The notes beneath the pieces were generated by a model. The model made no database searches. It worked only from the letters and a program-made list of their open reading frames with translations, and was not told where the DNA came from. The translations under genes and the position numbers were made by a program. Shown here in pieces: positions 1 through 8,945 of a stretch of 64,000 nt of DNA; positions within the stretch are counted from its first letter, which is position 1, and each line of letters starts with the position of its first letter. Origin of the DNA: Pyrinomonadaceae bacterium (lineage in GTDB: Bacteria; Acidobacteriota; Blastocatellia; Pyrinomonadales; Pyrinomonadaceae); contig DATFHD010000100.1 in the NCBI GenBank assembly GCA_035248785.1, positions 328 to 64,327 on the forward strand, in the 5' to 3' direction.

Positions 1-1460
1 GCCGCGAGTCCTTGCAGAGCGTGACGCTGAAGTCGCGCCGCCGCCGAAGCGTCGTGCATTTCGGCGTGTGGTGCGGGTGCGCGAAAGACATCTGCTTGGC
101 CGCGAGCAGGGCGCGCGCGCCGCGCTCCGTGTCCACCTCGGCGAAAAGGCGGTCATCGGCGAAAAGGGGGTCAATGGCCTCCTGCGGCATCTTCGTGCCC
201 GCGACCGCCTTGAACGTGACGGTCGGCAGCCCGTAGGACGCGGCGTAGAAGTTCTCCCAGAAGCGAGCCTCCTCTTCCGTCGCGCAGGCTTCGAGCAGCC
301 AGACGGCGTCGGCGCGCTCTTGGTTGGTGCGCTGGATGAAGCCGAGCGTCTTGTCGTGACGGAAGTGCGCGCGGTAGCGCCGCGTGACGCCGACGCGGAA
401 GCCCATCCCGCGTCTGTACATGAGGTAGGTGAAGAAGAGGTCGTCGCCGTCTCCGTCTTCGACCATGTATCTGGCGAAGTGTACGTGCTCGGGCGTGGTC
501 GTCAACTCGAAGCCGCGCTTCGTGCGGATCGTGACGACCGGCTTCCCGACCACTTGGCGGCGCGTGACGCGCAAGACCCTGCTCAACTGCGTCCGGCCGT
601 TGCCCTTCGCGGTGAGCACCATATCGCCCGCGCGAACCTCTTCGGCTTTGACGGCGCCGCGTGAGGTCTCTATCGGCGTCCCGGCGACGACGCACTGCGA
701 CTCGTCGCCGACGACGCAGATGTTCTGCTGCTTCTGGGTGAGGAAGTTGATGAGGGCGAATTGGAGGGCGTTGGTGTCTTGGTATTCGTCAACGAGGATG
801 TAGCGGAAGCGTTCGTTGTAGTGGGCGCGCACGTCTTCGCGTTTGCGGAGCAGGCGGACGGTCAAAATCAGCAGGTCGTCGAAGTCTACGGCGTTGTTGT
901 TGACGAGGCGCTCTTCGTAGAGGCGGAAGACGCGTGCGATGGCGGCGCGCTTCTCGTCGGTGTACTCGGCGCGGGCGGCGTAAGCTTCGGCGTCGAGGCC
1001 CTGATTCTTGGCGTGGCTGATGGCCGACTGTGTCTGGCGCGGGGCGAGGCGCTGGTCGTCGTAGCCGAGGTCTTTGATGCAGGCTTTGACGACGCGCAGA
1101 GAGTCGTCTTGGTCGTAGATGGTGAAGGAGCGCGTGTAGCCCTCTTCCAGCTTCTCTATGTCGCGGCGCAGCACCCGCACGCACAAGCTATGGAAGGTGG
1201 AGACGAGCGGCGCGCTCTCAAGCCTTTGGCCTTCGAGCAGACGCTTGACGCGCTCGCGCATCTCCTGCGCGGCTTTGTTGGTGAAGGTGACGGCGAGGAT
1301 GTTGTGCGGCGGCACTTGCCTCTCGGAAATCAGGTAAGCAATTCGTACCGTGATGACGCGCGTCTTGCCCGAGCCCGCGCCGGCGAGGATGAGCAGAGGC
1401 CCCTCTGTCGTCGTCACCGCCTCGCGCTGACGTTCGTTGAGTGTCGTTAGTAAGTCCATG
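1..1460 (-). CDS. UvrD/PcrA-family ATP-dependent DNA helicase, N-terminal ~486 codons (C-terminus lies beyond the left edge)
   Basis: Own translation of the minus strand from the ATG at 1460 gives MDLLTTLNERQREAVTTTEGPLLILAGAGSGKTRVITVRIAYLI... (Walker A GSGKT), then AVTFTNKAAQEM, and later FRYILVDEYQDTN. I checked the first ~135 codons and the DEYQDTN stretch near 770-830; the rest of the frame was not read codon by codon. There is no in-window stop, which is why the ORF track does not list it. Confidence 0.9.
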
Positions 1461-1483
1461 TCGAATGATTGTCGCGCTCGAAG

Positions 1484-1512
1484 TTGACAGATAAATACCA
1501 CATCGGTAAACT
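1484..1512 (+). promoter_or_regulatory. Candidate sigma70-type promoter (TTGACA, 17 nt, TAAACT) upstream of the collagen-like gene
   Basis: TTGACA at 1484-1489 and TAAACT at 1507-1512 with an exact 17-nt spacer, in the divergent intergenic region. Confidence 0.4.
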
Positions 1513-1702
1513 CCGCGCACCTTCCAAACGTCCCACGCGTCCACGCCGCAGGGGAAGTCAGAAGTTAACCGAATTTTCCGCGACAGACGCCCCGCAAAAC
1601 CTCGCGTCACGGCGGGCGTGTCTGCCGCACAATCCTAACTGCCGCGCGCCGCACGCCGCGCCGCCGCCGAACGCTCCCCACGCGGGAGGAAGGAAACCTC
1701 CG

Positions 1703-2992
1703 ATGAAGAGAATGAGACTGTACCTGTCGCTCGCCGCGCTCGTGCTGTGCGCGGCCGGAGCGTCCGCCCCCGAGGCGAGGGCGCAGACGGGCGGCACGAT
1801 CTACGGCTGCTACAACACGACGAACGGCCAACTGCGCTACGTCAGTTCGCCGGCCGACTGCAAGAGTGGCGAGACCGCGCTCATCTGGAACTCACAGGGG
1901 CCGAAGGGCGACAAGGGAGATAAAGGCGACCCCGGCCCCGCCGGCCCTCAAGGCCCAAAGGGCGACACAGGCGCGACCGGCCCGGCCGGCCCGCAGGGGC
2001 CGCAGGGAGAGAAGGGTGAGAAAGGCGACACCGGCGCGACAGGCGCTCAAGGCCCTCAAGGCGAGAAGGGCGACACGGGAGCCACCGGCGCCACCGGCGC
2101 ACAAGGCCCGCAGGGTGAAGTAGGCCCGCAAGGGCCGGCCGGCCCACAGGGGCCGCAAGGCGAGCCCGGAGCGCAGGGCCCGGCGGGGCCGCAAGGTGCC
2201 CAAGGCCCACAGGGCGCGACCGGCCTTCAAGGCCCGAAGGGTGACAAGGGCGATACCGGCGCGACCGGGCCGCAGGGGCCTCAAGGTGACGTAGGCCCGC
2301 AGGGGCCGCAAGGCGCGACAGGCCCGCAAGGCGCCACGGGGCCGCAAGGCCCGCAAGGAGCACAGGGGGCGCAAGGGCCGCAGGGAGCGACCGGGCCGCA
2401 GGGTGCTACGGGGCCTGCGGGTCAGTCGGTCACTTCGACGCCGGTGGCGCCCGGCGCCAACTGCCCCAACGGCGGGGTGATGTACACGTCCGCGAACGGC
2501 AACGACTTCGTCTGCAACGGAGCGCCCGGCGCACAAGGCCCGCAGGGCGCTACGGGGCCGCAAGGCCCGCAGGGGCCGACCGTCGCCGTCTTCCCCATCG
2601 GGCGCGCGCCGGAAGGGAACTTCGCGGCCGTCACCTTCAACGACGACACCTCCTCGTTCGTCTGCAACGGCCAGTATCTCGGACAGGCGACGATTGACCC
2701 GAGTTGGTTCGGCGGCTCGATAGACTACCGCGTCGTAGTCTTCGGGGCGCGCAGCTCGGGCGTCATCGGCCAGAACCTCTACTTCGACTTCTGCGCCGGC
2801 ACGAGCCTCGGCGACGGAGGCGGCACGAACCTCTTCACCAGCGTCCTCTTCAACAACCCGCACATGACCGACAGCGGCTGGCAGACCTACGGCGGCAACG
2901 CGCCCGTTCGCATCAACCTGCGCGCGCGCAAGAACAGCCCCGCCTCGGGCAGCTTCGGCCACGCATACATCCTCATCCGCCCACACCAATAG
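1703..2992 (+). CDS. Secreted collagen-like (Gly-X-Y) repeat protein with a globular C-terminal domain
   Basis: The ORF track gives 1469-2992. The likely start is the ATG at 1703 ([27 protein letters not shown] signal peptide) preceded by GGAGGAAGGA. About 170 residues of uninterrupted GXY ([44 protein letters not shown]...) are followed by a second short GXY block and a ~140-aa non-repeat C-terminus. Confidence 0.85.
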   Translation: MKRMRLYLSLAALVLCAAGASAPEARAQTGGTIYGCYNTTNGQLRYVSSPADCKSGETALIWNSQGPKGDKGDKGDPGPAGPQGPKGDTGATGPAGPQGPQGEKGEKGDTGATGAQGPQGEKGDTGATGATGAQGPQGEVGPQGPAGPQGPQGEPGAQGPAGPQGAQGPQGATGLQGPKGDKGDTGATGPQGPQGDVGPQGPQGATGPQGATGPQGPQGAQGAQGPQGATGPQGATGPAGQSVTSTPVAPGANCPNGGVMYTSANGNDFVCNGAPGAQGPQGATGPQGPQGPTVAVFPIGRAPEGNFAAVTFNDDTSSFVCNGQYLGQATIDPSWFGGSIDYRVVVFGARSSGVIGQNLYFDFCAGTSLGDGGGTNLFTSVLFNNPHMTDSGWQTYGGNAPVRINLRARKNSPASGSFGHAYILIRPHQ

Positions 2993-3005
2993 GACTAGGG
3001 AGTTT

Positions 3006-3074
3006 AACCGCGGAGACACGGAGACACGGCTTGAAGTCTTATGGCTTCAAGCCGTGTCTCCGTGTCTCCGCGGT
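3006..3074. terminator. Long perfect stem-loop between convergent genes; arms contain the tandem 8-mer GGAGACAC
   Basis: AACCGCGGAGACACGGAGACACGGCTTGAAG / loop / CTTCAAGCCGTGTCTCCGTGTCTCCGCGGTT. Confidence 0.8.
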
Positions 3075-3096
3075 TAATTTCGTCCCGGCAGGGCGG

Positions 3097-3654
3097 TCAC
3101 TTGATGAGTTTCTGAATCGCCTTGAACTGTTCGTGGCGCGCGTCGCGCATCAGCTCAAAGAGGGCGAGTTCGGTGGAGGAGGGGAGCGCGCCGGAGCGTT
3201 GCATCTTGTCGAGCCCGGCCTGTCGGTTCTCGGCGGTGCGCGATGAGATGCAGTCTGTGAGCAGGTGAACTTGATACCCGCGCGCGAGCAGGTCGTGCGC
3301 CGTCTGGTTGACGCAGACGTGCGCCTCTATGCCGCAGAGCAAGACCTGCCGCGCGCCCGCCTCTTCGAGCCGCGCGACGAACGTCTGCGCGCCGCAGGAG
3401 CTGAACGCAGTCTTCTCTATCGGCTCAAACTCTTCGGGCAGTGCGGCGCGGATTTCGTCAACCGTCCGCCCGAGCCCCTTCGGGTACTGCTCTGTGACGA
3501 CGACGGGGACGCCGAGCAGCCGCACGGCCCGCGTGACGAGCGCGACGCGCGCGGCCAGCCCGCCGAAGTCCGGGATGTGCGGGCGGAACGACTCCTGCAC
3601 GTCTATGACGGCCAGCGCCGCGCGCCCGAGTTCGAGTGTGTTCTCGTGAAGCAA
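3097..3654 (-). CDS. Isochorismatase-family cysteine hydrolase
   Basis: LAVIDVQESF...VVVTEQYPKGLG...VLLCGIEAHVCVNQTAHDLL is the typical isochorismatase-like D/K/C layout. Confidence 0.8.
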   Translation of the reverse strand: MLHENTLELGRAALAVIDVQESFRPHIPDFGGLAARVALVTRAVRLLGVPVVVTEQYPKGLGRTVDEIRAALPEEFEPIEKTAFSSCGAQTFVARLEEAGARQVLLCGIEAHVCVNQTAHDLLARGYQVHLLTDCISSRTAENRQAGLDKMQRSGALPSSTELALFELMRDARHEQFKAIQKLIK

Positions 3655-3670
3655 TTCAGAGCCCGCCCGT

Positions 3671-4525
3671 TTAAAGCTTGCCGGCCGCGCGCTTGGCCTC
3701 TTCGACGAGGCGCTTGAGGCGCGCGATCTTCTGCTCGTCCGTCTCGCCGGGCTGCGGCCTGAACTCGGGCCCGGACTTGAAACCGCCGCCGCCCTTCTTC
3801 GCCTTCGGCTTGGCTTCGGCCGCAGGTGCGGGCGTCGCGGTTGATGGAGTTGAAGAAGCGGCGGCGGCGGGGCGCTCGTCCTTCGGCGCGCCGGGCGTCA
3901 ACTCGGTCGAGGCTTCCGTCGCCAAGTCTGCGACGGTCTCCGCGCCCGCGGCGGGCGAGGCGGTAGCGGCGGTCGGGCTCATAGGCGCGGCCGAAGCCTG
4001 TCCGGTCGCGGCCTGCGCTTCGGCCGCGGGGCGGTGCGCGTCTGCCGAAGGGGAAGAGTCAACCGCGGCCGTCGCGGGTCTGGCCGGCGCAGGCTTCGGC
4101 GCGGCGGGTTTCGGAGTCGCGGCGGGCTTGACGGCTTTCGGCTTCGGCTCGCCGCGCCAAGCGGGCGTCGGGTATTCGTAAGCGGGCAGCGTCCCGCCCG
4201 CGGCGCTAAGTATCGCGGCGAGGTCGCGCTCGACGTAGCGCGTCTGCTTCGAAGTGTCGCGGACGTGCCCCATCGGCGGCCCCATGTAGAGCGCGCCGCA
4301 AGCCTGACAGCGGTAGAGCGTGTCGTCGCCGCGCAGGTAGACGCGCGAAGGGTGCTGCGTGTTGAGCTGCTTGAGGTGGCCGTTGCAGAGCTTGCCCTTC
4401 TCGTTCTTCTCGTTGCAAACGGTCTGCCCCGGCGCGAAACGCTTCGGCACGCCCGTACGAGACTCCTGCTGCTCGGTCGGCGCCTGCTTCGCGGTGCCGC
4501 TCGTCTGATTCGCTTCGCTCGACAT
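3671..4525 (-). CDS. Hypothetical protein with an N-terminal Cys4 zinc-ribbon-like segment and an Ala/Pro-rich low-complexity tail
   Basis: CNEKNEKGKLCNGH...YRCQACGALY, followed by PKPKAVKPAATPKPAAPKPAPARPATAA... No family recognised. Confidence 0.55.
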   Translation of the reverse strand: MSSEANQTSGTAKQAPTEQQESRTGVPKRFAPGQTVCNEKNEKGKLCNGHLKQLNTQHPSRVYLRGDDTLYRCQACGALYMGPPMGHVRDTSKQTRYVERDLAAILSAAGGTLPAYEYPTPAWRGEPKPKAVKPAATPKPAAPKPAPARPATAAVDSSPSADAHRPAAEAQAATGQASAAPMSPTAATASPAAGAETVADLATEASTELTPGAPKDERPAAAASSTPSTATPAPAAEAKPKAKKGGGGFKSGPEFRPQPGETDEQKIARLKRLVEEAKRAAGKL

Positions 4526-4645
4526 AAGGTTTAAGGGGTCGGCTTCCTTCTCTTTTTCAGTTTTAAGAAAGGCGTGGGACTCTCGGCCGCCGTGGCCCTG
4601 ACTTGCCCCGAATCTTACGCGCGCCGAGCGCCGAAAGCAAAGGAA

Positions 4646-4760
4646 GAGGTTGGAGGTTGGAGGTTAGAGGTTAGTGAAAGCCGCCGGCCATCGCCCGCGT
4701 TCAAAGCGGTCGGCGCGCTAACCGCGACTACTAACCTCTAACCTCCAACCTCTAACCTCT
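4646..4760. repeat. Heptad-repeat inverted repeat, GAGGTTR family, copy 1
   Basis: Left arm GAGGTTGGAGGTTGGAGGTTAGAGGTTAGTG (4646-4676), ~50-nt spacer, right arm CTACTAACCTCTAACCTCCAACCTCTAACCTCT (4728-4760). Lies in a divergent intergenic region. Confidence 0.9.
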
Positions 4761-4775
4761 GCTATCCTGCGGCGC

Positions 4776-5261
4776 ATGCTGAAGAGTCTGGCGGCGCGTC
4801 TGTGGCGGGGTGCGCCGCGGTTCGTGCGCAGGGCGGGCGTGCTTTTGACGCAGACGCGCTTCACCGTGACGGCGGGCGTCGTCGTGACGGACGAGCGCGG
4901 GCGCGTCCTTCTTCTGCGGCACGTGCTGCGCTCGGGCAGCGGGTGGGGCGTGCCCGGCGGCTTCGTCGCCGCGGGCGAGCAGCCCGAGGAGGCCGTCCGC
5001 CGAGAGGTGCAAGAGGAGACGGGGCTCGCGCTCGACGGCGTGGAACTGGCCTTCGTACGCACGCACGCGCACGTCCAACAGGTCGAGATCATCTTCCGCG
5101 GGAAGATGCGTTCGGACGCGGTCGTGAGCCTAGACAAGGGCTTCGAGATAGACCGCGCCGAGTGGTTCGCGCTCGACGCGCTGCCCGGAGGGATAGACCC
5201 CGACCAGCGACGCATCATCGCCCGCGCCCTCTCCGCCGCCCGGGCAAACGCGCCCGAGTAA
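4776..5261 (+). CDS. NUDIX hydrolase
   Basis: Nudix box GGFVAAGEQPEEAVRREVQEETGL (GX5EX7REUXEEXGU). Confidence 0.85.
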   Translation: MLKSLAARLWRGAPRFVRRAGVLLTQTRFTVTAGVVVTDERGRVLLLRHVLRSGSGWGVPGGFVAAGEQPEEAVRREVQEETGLALDGVELAFVRTHAHVQQVEIIFRGKMRSDAVVSLDKGFEIDRAEWFALDALPGGIDPDQRRIIARALSAARANAPE

Positions 5262-5281
5262 TGGTATGCTGTGCGGCAATC

Positions 5282-5416
5282 CAGAGGTTAGAGGCCAGAG
5301 GTTAGAGGTCAGTCGTCGCGCACCCGCGCGAGGCACGCGTCTCCGGCGCGGCTTAGCGCATGCTCCGAAGACGACATGCCACTACTAACCTCTAACCTCC
5401 AACCTCTAACCTCTAA
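5282..5416. repeat. Heptad-repeat inverted repeat, GAGGTTR family, copy 2
   Basis: CAGAGGTTAGAGGCCAGAGGTTAGAGGTCAG (5282-5312), ~70-nt spacer, CTAACCTCTAACCTCCAACCTCTAACCTCTAA (5384-5416). Confidence 0.9.
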
Positions 5417-5439
5417 ACCACAGGAGAGAAGGAACAGAC

Positions 5440-6072
5440 ATGGCTATCCCGCGACTGATTCCAGAGCAGGCCGAGGTGATGGAGATGTTGAAGCGGACGG
5501 GCGCGTACCGCGAGGGGCACTTCGTCTACCCTTCGGGGCAGCACACGCCGCACTACTTCCAGATGCCGCTCGCCTTCCGCTACTACGACACGGCGCGCGT
5601 GCTGGCCGTCGCGCTCTCGCGCAAGCTCCGGCTGGTGAAGGAGGTTTCGAGCGCGCTCCCCAAAGTCTCCATCATATCCCCGAGCCCCGGCGGCATCCCC
5701 GTCGCCTTCGCCGTGCGCGAGGCTCTGAACGCCGAGCAGATTTACTGGGCCGAGCGCGAGGACGGCAACCGCATGTTCCGCCAGTACGTCAACGCGGGCG
5801 AGGTGCACCCGTGCGTCATCGTGGACGACATCTCGCGCACGGGCACGGCGCTTCAGGAGACGGTCGCGCTCGTCCGCCAGCTCGGCGCGCAGGTCATCGG
5901 CGCCGGCGTCATCGTCCGCTTCCGCAGCTCGCCCGACCACCTCGAAGTCCCCGGCAGCGAAGACCCCGTCCCCGTCCTCTCCCTCGTGGACTTCGACGCC
6001 AAGTGGTACGACAACGCCTCCGACTGCGCCGAGTGCAAGCAGAGCGTCGCCGAAGAGCACGTACGCTTCTGA
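5440..6072 (+). CDS. Phosphoribosyltransferase-family protein (PyrE-like)
   Basis: GHFVYPSGQHTPHYFQ resembles the orotate PRTase N-terminal motif. The PRPP-binding loop is VIVDDISRTGTAL. Confidence 0.7.
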   Translation: MAIPRLIPEQAEVMEMLKRTGAYREGHFVYPSGQHTPHYFQMPLAFRYYDTARVLAVALSRKLRLVKEVSSALPKVSIISPSPGGIPVAFAVREALNAEQIYWAEREDGNRMFRQYVNAGEVHPCVIVDDISRTGTALQETVALVRQLGAQVIGAGVIVRFRSSPDHLEVPGSEDPVPVLSLVDFDAKWYDNASDCAECKQSVAEEHVRF

Positions 6073-6078
6073 GAAACA

Positions 6079-6407
6079 GAAGGCAGTAGGCAGACGGTGG
6101 TAGGCGGTACATCCCCGGAGGGGATGAAGTCAATAGCCGGGGGCAGAGCGAACGAGCGAGCCGCAGGCGAACGAGTGAGCGCCGCCCCCGGAAACATGAC
6201 GAATAAACGTCCCGACCCTGAAAGGGTCGCACCGTGTGACGAGGTGTGACCCCTTCAGGGTCGGAATTATTTTGTCGCCTGTTCCGGCGGTTGCGCTCCG
6301 CCGTCTCGCCTGCGGCTTGCGGCTCGGGCTTCAACCCCCGGCTATTATGTTTATCCCCTTCGGGGATTTCCGAACTACCTACCGCCATCTGCCTACTGCC
6401 TACTTTG
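6079..6407. mobile_element. MITE-like, transposase-less derivative of the RAYT element at 42704-43414, nested inside heptad-repeat arms
   Basis: The core 6111-6367 carries the same ordered modules as the RAYT flanks: a hairpin ATCCCCGGAGGGGAT, then CAATAGCCGGGGG, CCCCGGAAAC and CCGACCCTGAAAGGGTCG, followed by their reverse complements. Outer arms are GGCAGTA/GGCGGTA heptads (6079-6110 and 6368-6407). Confidence 0.8.
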
Positions 6408-6410
6408 TCT

Positions 6411-7265
6411 TTATGAGTTCCGCTTGAACGCGTCGGCGACGGCGGTCGAGAGCGGCGTCGTGGGCCGGCCGATGAGGGCGGAGAGTTGCCGCCCTTCGTC
6501 GTACAGCGCGCCGCGGGACGCGCCCGTGTCCCAGCCCGCGATCGCCCCCGCCCACGCCTCCGGCACGCCGAAGCCTTTCAGCGCGGCGGCGTAGTCCGAC
6601 TCGGGAAGGTTCTTGTAGGGAATCTCCCTGCCGGTCTGCTTCGAGATTTCGGCGGCGAGGTCTGAGAGCGTCCAAGCGTCGTCGCCCGCGAGTTCGTAGG
6701 TCTTGCCTTCGTGACCTTCGCCCACGAGCGCCGCGACCGCGGCCTCCGCGAAGTCCTCGCGCGTCGCAGAAGAGACACGGCCCTCGCCCGCGCTGCCGAT
6801 GAAGGCGCCGCCCGCCAGCGCGCCCGCAATCGAGCCGGTGTAGTTCTCCGTGTACCAGCCGTTGCGAAGTATCGTGAAGGCAAGTCCCGAAGCCTTCAGC
6901 GCTCCTTCAGTCGCGAGGTGCTCTTCGGCGAGGTCGAGCGGCGAAGTGTCCGCGTGAAGCAGGCTCGTGTAGACGACGCGACCGACGCCCGCCTTCTTCG
7001 CGGCCTCGATGACGTTGCGGTGCTGCGCGGCGCGCTTGCCGACTTCGTTTGAAGAGACGAGCAGCAGCGTGTCCACGCCCTTGAGCGCGCGTTCGAGCGT
7101 CTCGGGCCGTTCGTAGTCGGCCTCGCGCGCTTCGACGCCGAGACCCGAAGCCTTCTCCGGCGTGCGCGCGAGCGCGACGATCTCCGACGCAGGCACCTTC
7201 GCTTTGAGCTTTTCGACGACGAGGCGGCCGAGCTGCCCCGTGGCCCCAGTGATGGCGATGGTCAT
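6411..7265 (-). CDS. NmrA-like / atypical SDR NAD(P)H-binding oxidoreductase (YtfG-like quinone oxidoreductase type)
   Basis: MTIAITGATGQLGRLVV (Rossmann GxxGxxG), then ...VDTLLLVSS...AAKKAGVGRVVYTS. Confidence 0.8.
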   Translation of the reverse strand: MTIAITGATGQLGRLVVEKLKAKVPASEIVALARTPEKASGLGVEAREADYERPETLERALKGVDTLLLVSSNEVGKRAAQHRNVIEAAKKAGVGRVVYTSLLHADTSPLDLAEEHLATEGALKASGLAFTILRNGWYTENYTGSIAGALAGGAFIGSAGEGRVSSATREDFAEAAVAALVGEGHEGKTYELAGDDAWTLSDLAAEISKQTGREIPYKNLPESDYAAALKGFGVPEAWAGAIAGWDTGASRGALYDEGRQLSALIGRPTTPLSTAVADAFKRNS

Positions 7266-7326
7266 GTTCCTTTTCCTCTCAGTCTTTTTAAGTATTCAGT
7301 TCACGCCGCCAGATTTCAATTGACCT

Positions 7327-8007
7327 TCACTGGCCGGCGGGCTTCGGCGCGGGCTGCACGGCTTCGAGCCGCAGTTTGATGGTGACCTCGTTGCCCACGT
7401 CGAGGCCGCCGCCCGCGAAGGCGTTGCCGTAGTTAATCTGGAAGTCGCGCCGGTTAATCTTCGTCTGCGCCTCGACGCCGAAGCGCGTGTTGCCCCAAGG
7501 GTCTTTCACCGCGCCCGTCAGCGTGAAGGGGAGCGCGACGGGCTTGGTCACGCCCTTTATCGTCAGCTCGCCATGCAGCACGTAAGCGTCCTTGCCCTTG
7601 CGCTCGACGCCCGTGCTCTTGAAGCTCATCTCGGGGTACTTCTCCGCGTCGAAGAAGTCCGCGGTGCGCAGGTGCTTGTCGCGCGCCTCGACCTCGGTGT
7701 CCACGGATGCGACCTTCGCCGAGAACTCGACCGAGGACTTCGTCACGTCCTTGTCGTCAAAGTTGATGGTGCCGCTGAAGTCTTTGAAGCGGCCCTCGAC
7801 CCAGTTGATTTCGAGGTGGCGGACGGCGAAGCCGATGAGGCTGTGCGCCGGGTCAATCTTGTACTCGCCGCCGGGCACGGGCGCGTACGAGACCACGCCC
7901 GCGGGCGCCTGCGCGCTGACGCTCGTGCCGTCCAAGCCGCCGACGAAGGGAACTGCGAAGAGCGCCGCGAGCGCCGCGGCGACGATTGCGTTTCTGAATT
8001 TCTTCAT
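7327..8007 (-). CDS. YceI-family periplasmic protein
   Basis: YKIDPAHSLIGFAVRHLEINWVEGRFKDFSGTINFD is the YceI-like signature. The likely start is MKKFRNAIVAAALAALFA at 8007 with a GGAG upstream; the track ORF extends to 8034. Confidence 0.8.
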   Translation of the reverse strand: MKKFRNAIVAAALAALFAVPFVGGLDGTSVSAQAPAGVVSYAPVPGGEYKIDPAHSLIGFAVRHLEINWVEGRFKDFSGTINFDDKDVTKSSVEFSAKVASVDTEVEARDKHLRTADFFDAEKYPEMSFKSTGVERKGKDAYVLHGELTIKGVTKPVALPFTLTGAVKDPWGNTRFGVEAQTKINRRDFQINYGNAFAGGGLDVGNEVTIKLRLEAVQPAPKPAGQ

Positions 8008-8055
8008 CCTGTCTCTCCTGTGAATCCTCACCATTGATGTTTCCCTGCCTTAACT

Positions 8056-8898
8056 TTATTCACTCAAAGGCGCGCGCCCGAAGCGGTAGCTTGAGACCGT
8101 CAGGCCGCCCATGAAAGAGTCTTCGTGATAGACGCGCTCGCCCGCCTCCGCTTCGGCCGCGCCGACGGCGACCAGCAGCGGAATCAGGTGATCCTCGTCC
8201 GGGTGCGCCAGCCGCGCCGAAGGCGCCGACGCCCAGCCGCGCAGCTTCCGGTCGCGCTCTTCCGCAGTCGAGCCGCAGACCGTTTCCGTCAACCACGCGT
8301 CGAACTCACGCGAAGGGTGAACGCCCGCCGCGCCGAAACGACGCAGGTTGTGATAACTGAGCCCGCTCCCGACGACGAGCACACCCTCTTCGCGCAGCGG
8401 CGCGAGCGCGCGACCTGCGGCGAGGTGTGCGTCAACGTCGTAGTCGCTCCTGATTGAGAGTTGGAGCACGGGCACGTCGGCCTCTGGGTAGATGGCCGCA
8501 AGCGGCGCGAAGGTGCCGTGGTCGAAGCCGCGCCCTTCGTCCGTGCGTGCGTCGAAGCCCGCGCCGCCGAGCAACTCCTGCACGCGGCGCGCGACCTCGG
8601 GCGAGCCCGGCGCGGGGTATTGAATCTGGTACGTGAACGCGGGGAAGCCCGAGTAGTCGTAGACCATGGAGGGCCGCGGGCTCGACATCACGGTGAAGTC
8701 GCGCTCCTCCCAGTGGCCCGACACGACCAGCACGGCCTTCGGCGTCACGCCCAACTGGCGCGGCATGTCGCGCAGCGACGCCTCAAGGTTGTCGTAGACG
8801 CCCGGCATCTGCGCCTTCAGCCACGGCCAAGGGCCGCCGCCGTGCGAGATGAAGTAGGTCGGGAGTCGTCGTCCGGTAATCTTTTCCATAATTAACAC
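8056..8898 (-). CDS. Class III extradiol ring-cleavage dioxygenase (LigB / 4,5-DOPA dioxygenase-like)
   Basis: PTYFISHGGGPWPW...VLVVSGHWEE...VLVVGSGLSYHNL. The start may be MEKI at 8889. Confidence 0.75.
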   Translation of the reverse strand: MLIMEKITGRRLPTYFISHGGGPWPWLKAQMPGVYDNLEASLRDMPRQLGVTPKAVLVVSGHWEERDFTVMSSPRPSMVYDYSGFPAFTYQIQYPAPGSPEVARRVQELLGGAGFDARTDEGRGFDHGTFAPLAAIYPEADVPVLQLSIRSDYDVDAHLAAGRALAPLREEGVLVVGSGLSYHNLRRFGAAGVHPSREFDAWLTETVCGSTAEERDRKLRGWASAPSARLAHPDEDHLIPLLVAVGAAEAEAGERVYHEDSFMGGLTVSSYRFGRAPLSE

Positions 8899-8945
8899 CG
8901 CCGTTACAAGCTCAGTCGTTATAACGACCGTCTGGTCAAAAAAAT

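Noticed and set aside
1892-3019. Long minus-strand ORF (375 aa) antisense to the collagen-like gene. Similar long antisense ORFs lie at 19036-19974, 19989-21182, 31591-32937, 38552-39913, 40466-41596, 43685-44848, 46280-47128, 54842-56293 and 59708-60892.
   Set aside because: All are Arg/Ala/Pro/Gly-rich with no recognisable motifs. Each lies opposite or out of frame to an ORF with clear family signatures. These are typical shadow ORFs of GC-rich DNA.
5376-6089. 237-aa plus-strand ORF overlapping the phosphoribosyltransferase gene in another frame.
   Set aside because: It is Arg/Pro-rich, begins inside the GAGGTTR repeat, and competes with an ORF carrying a clear PRPP-binding motif.
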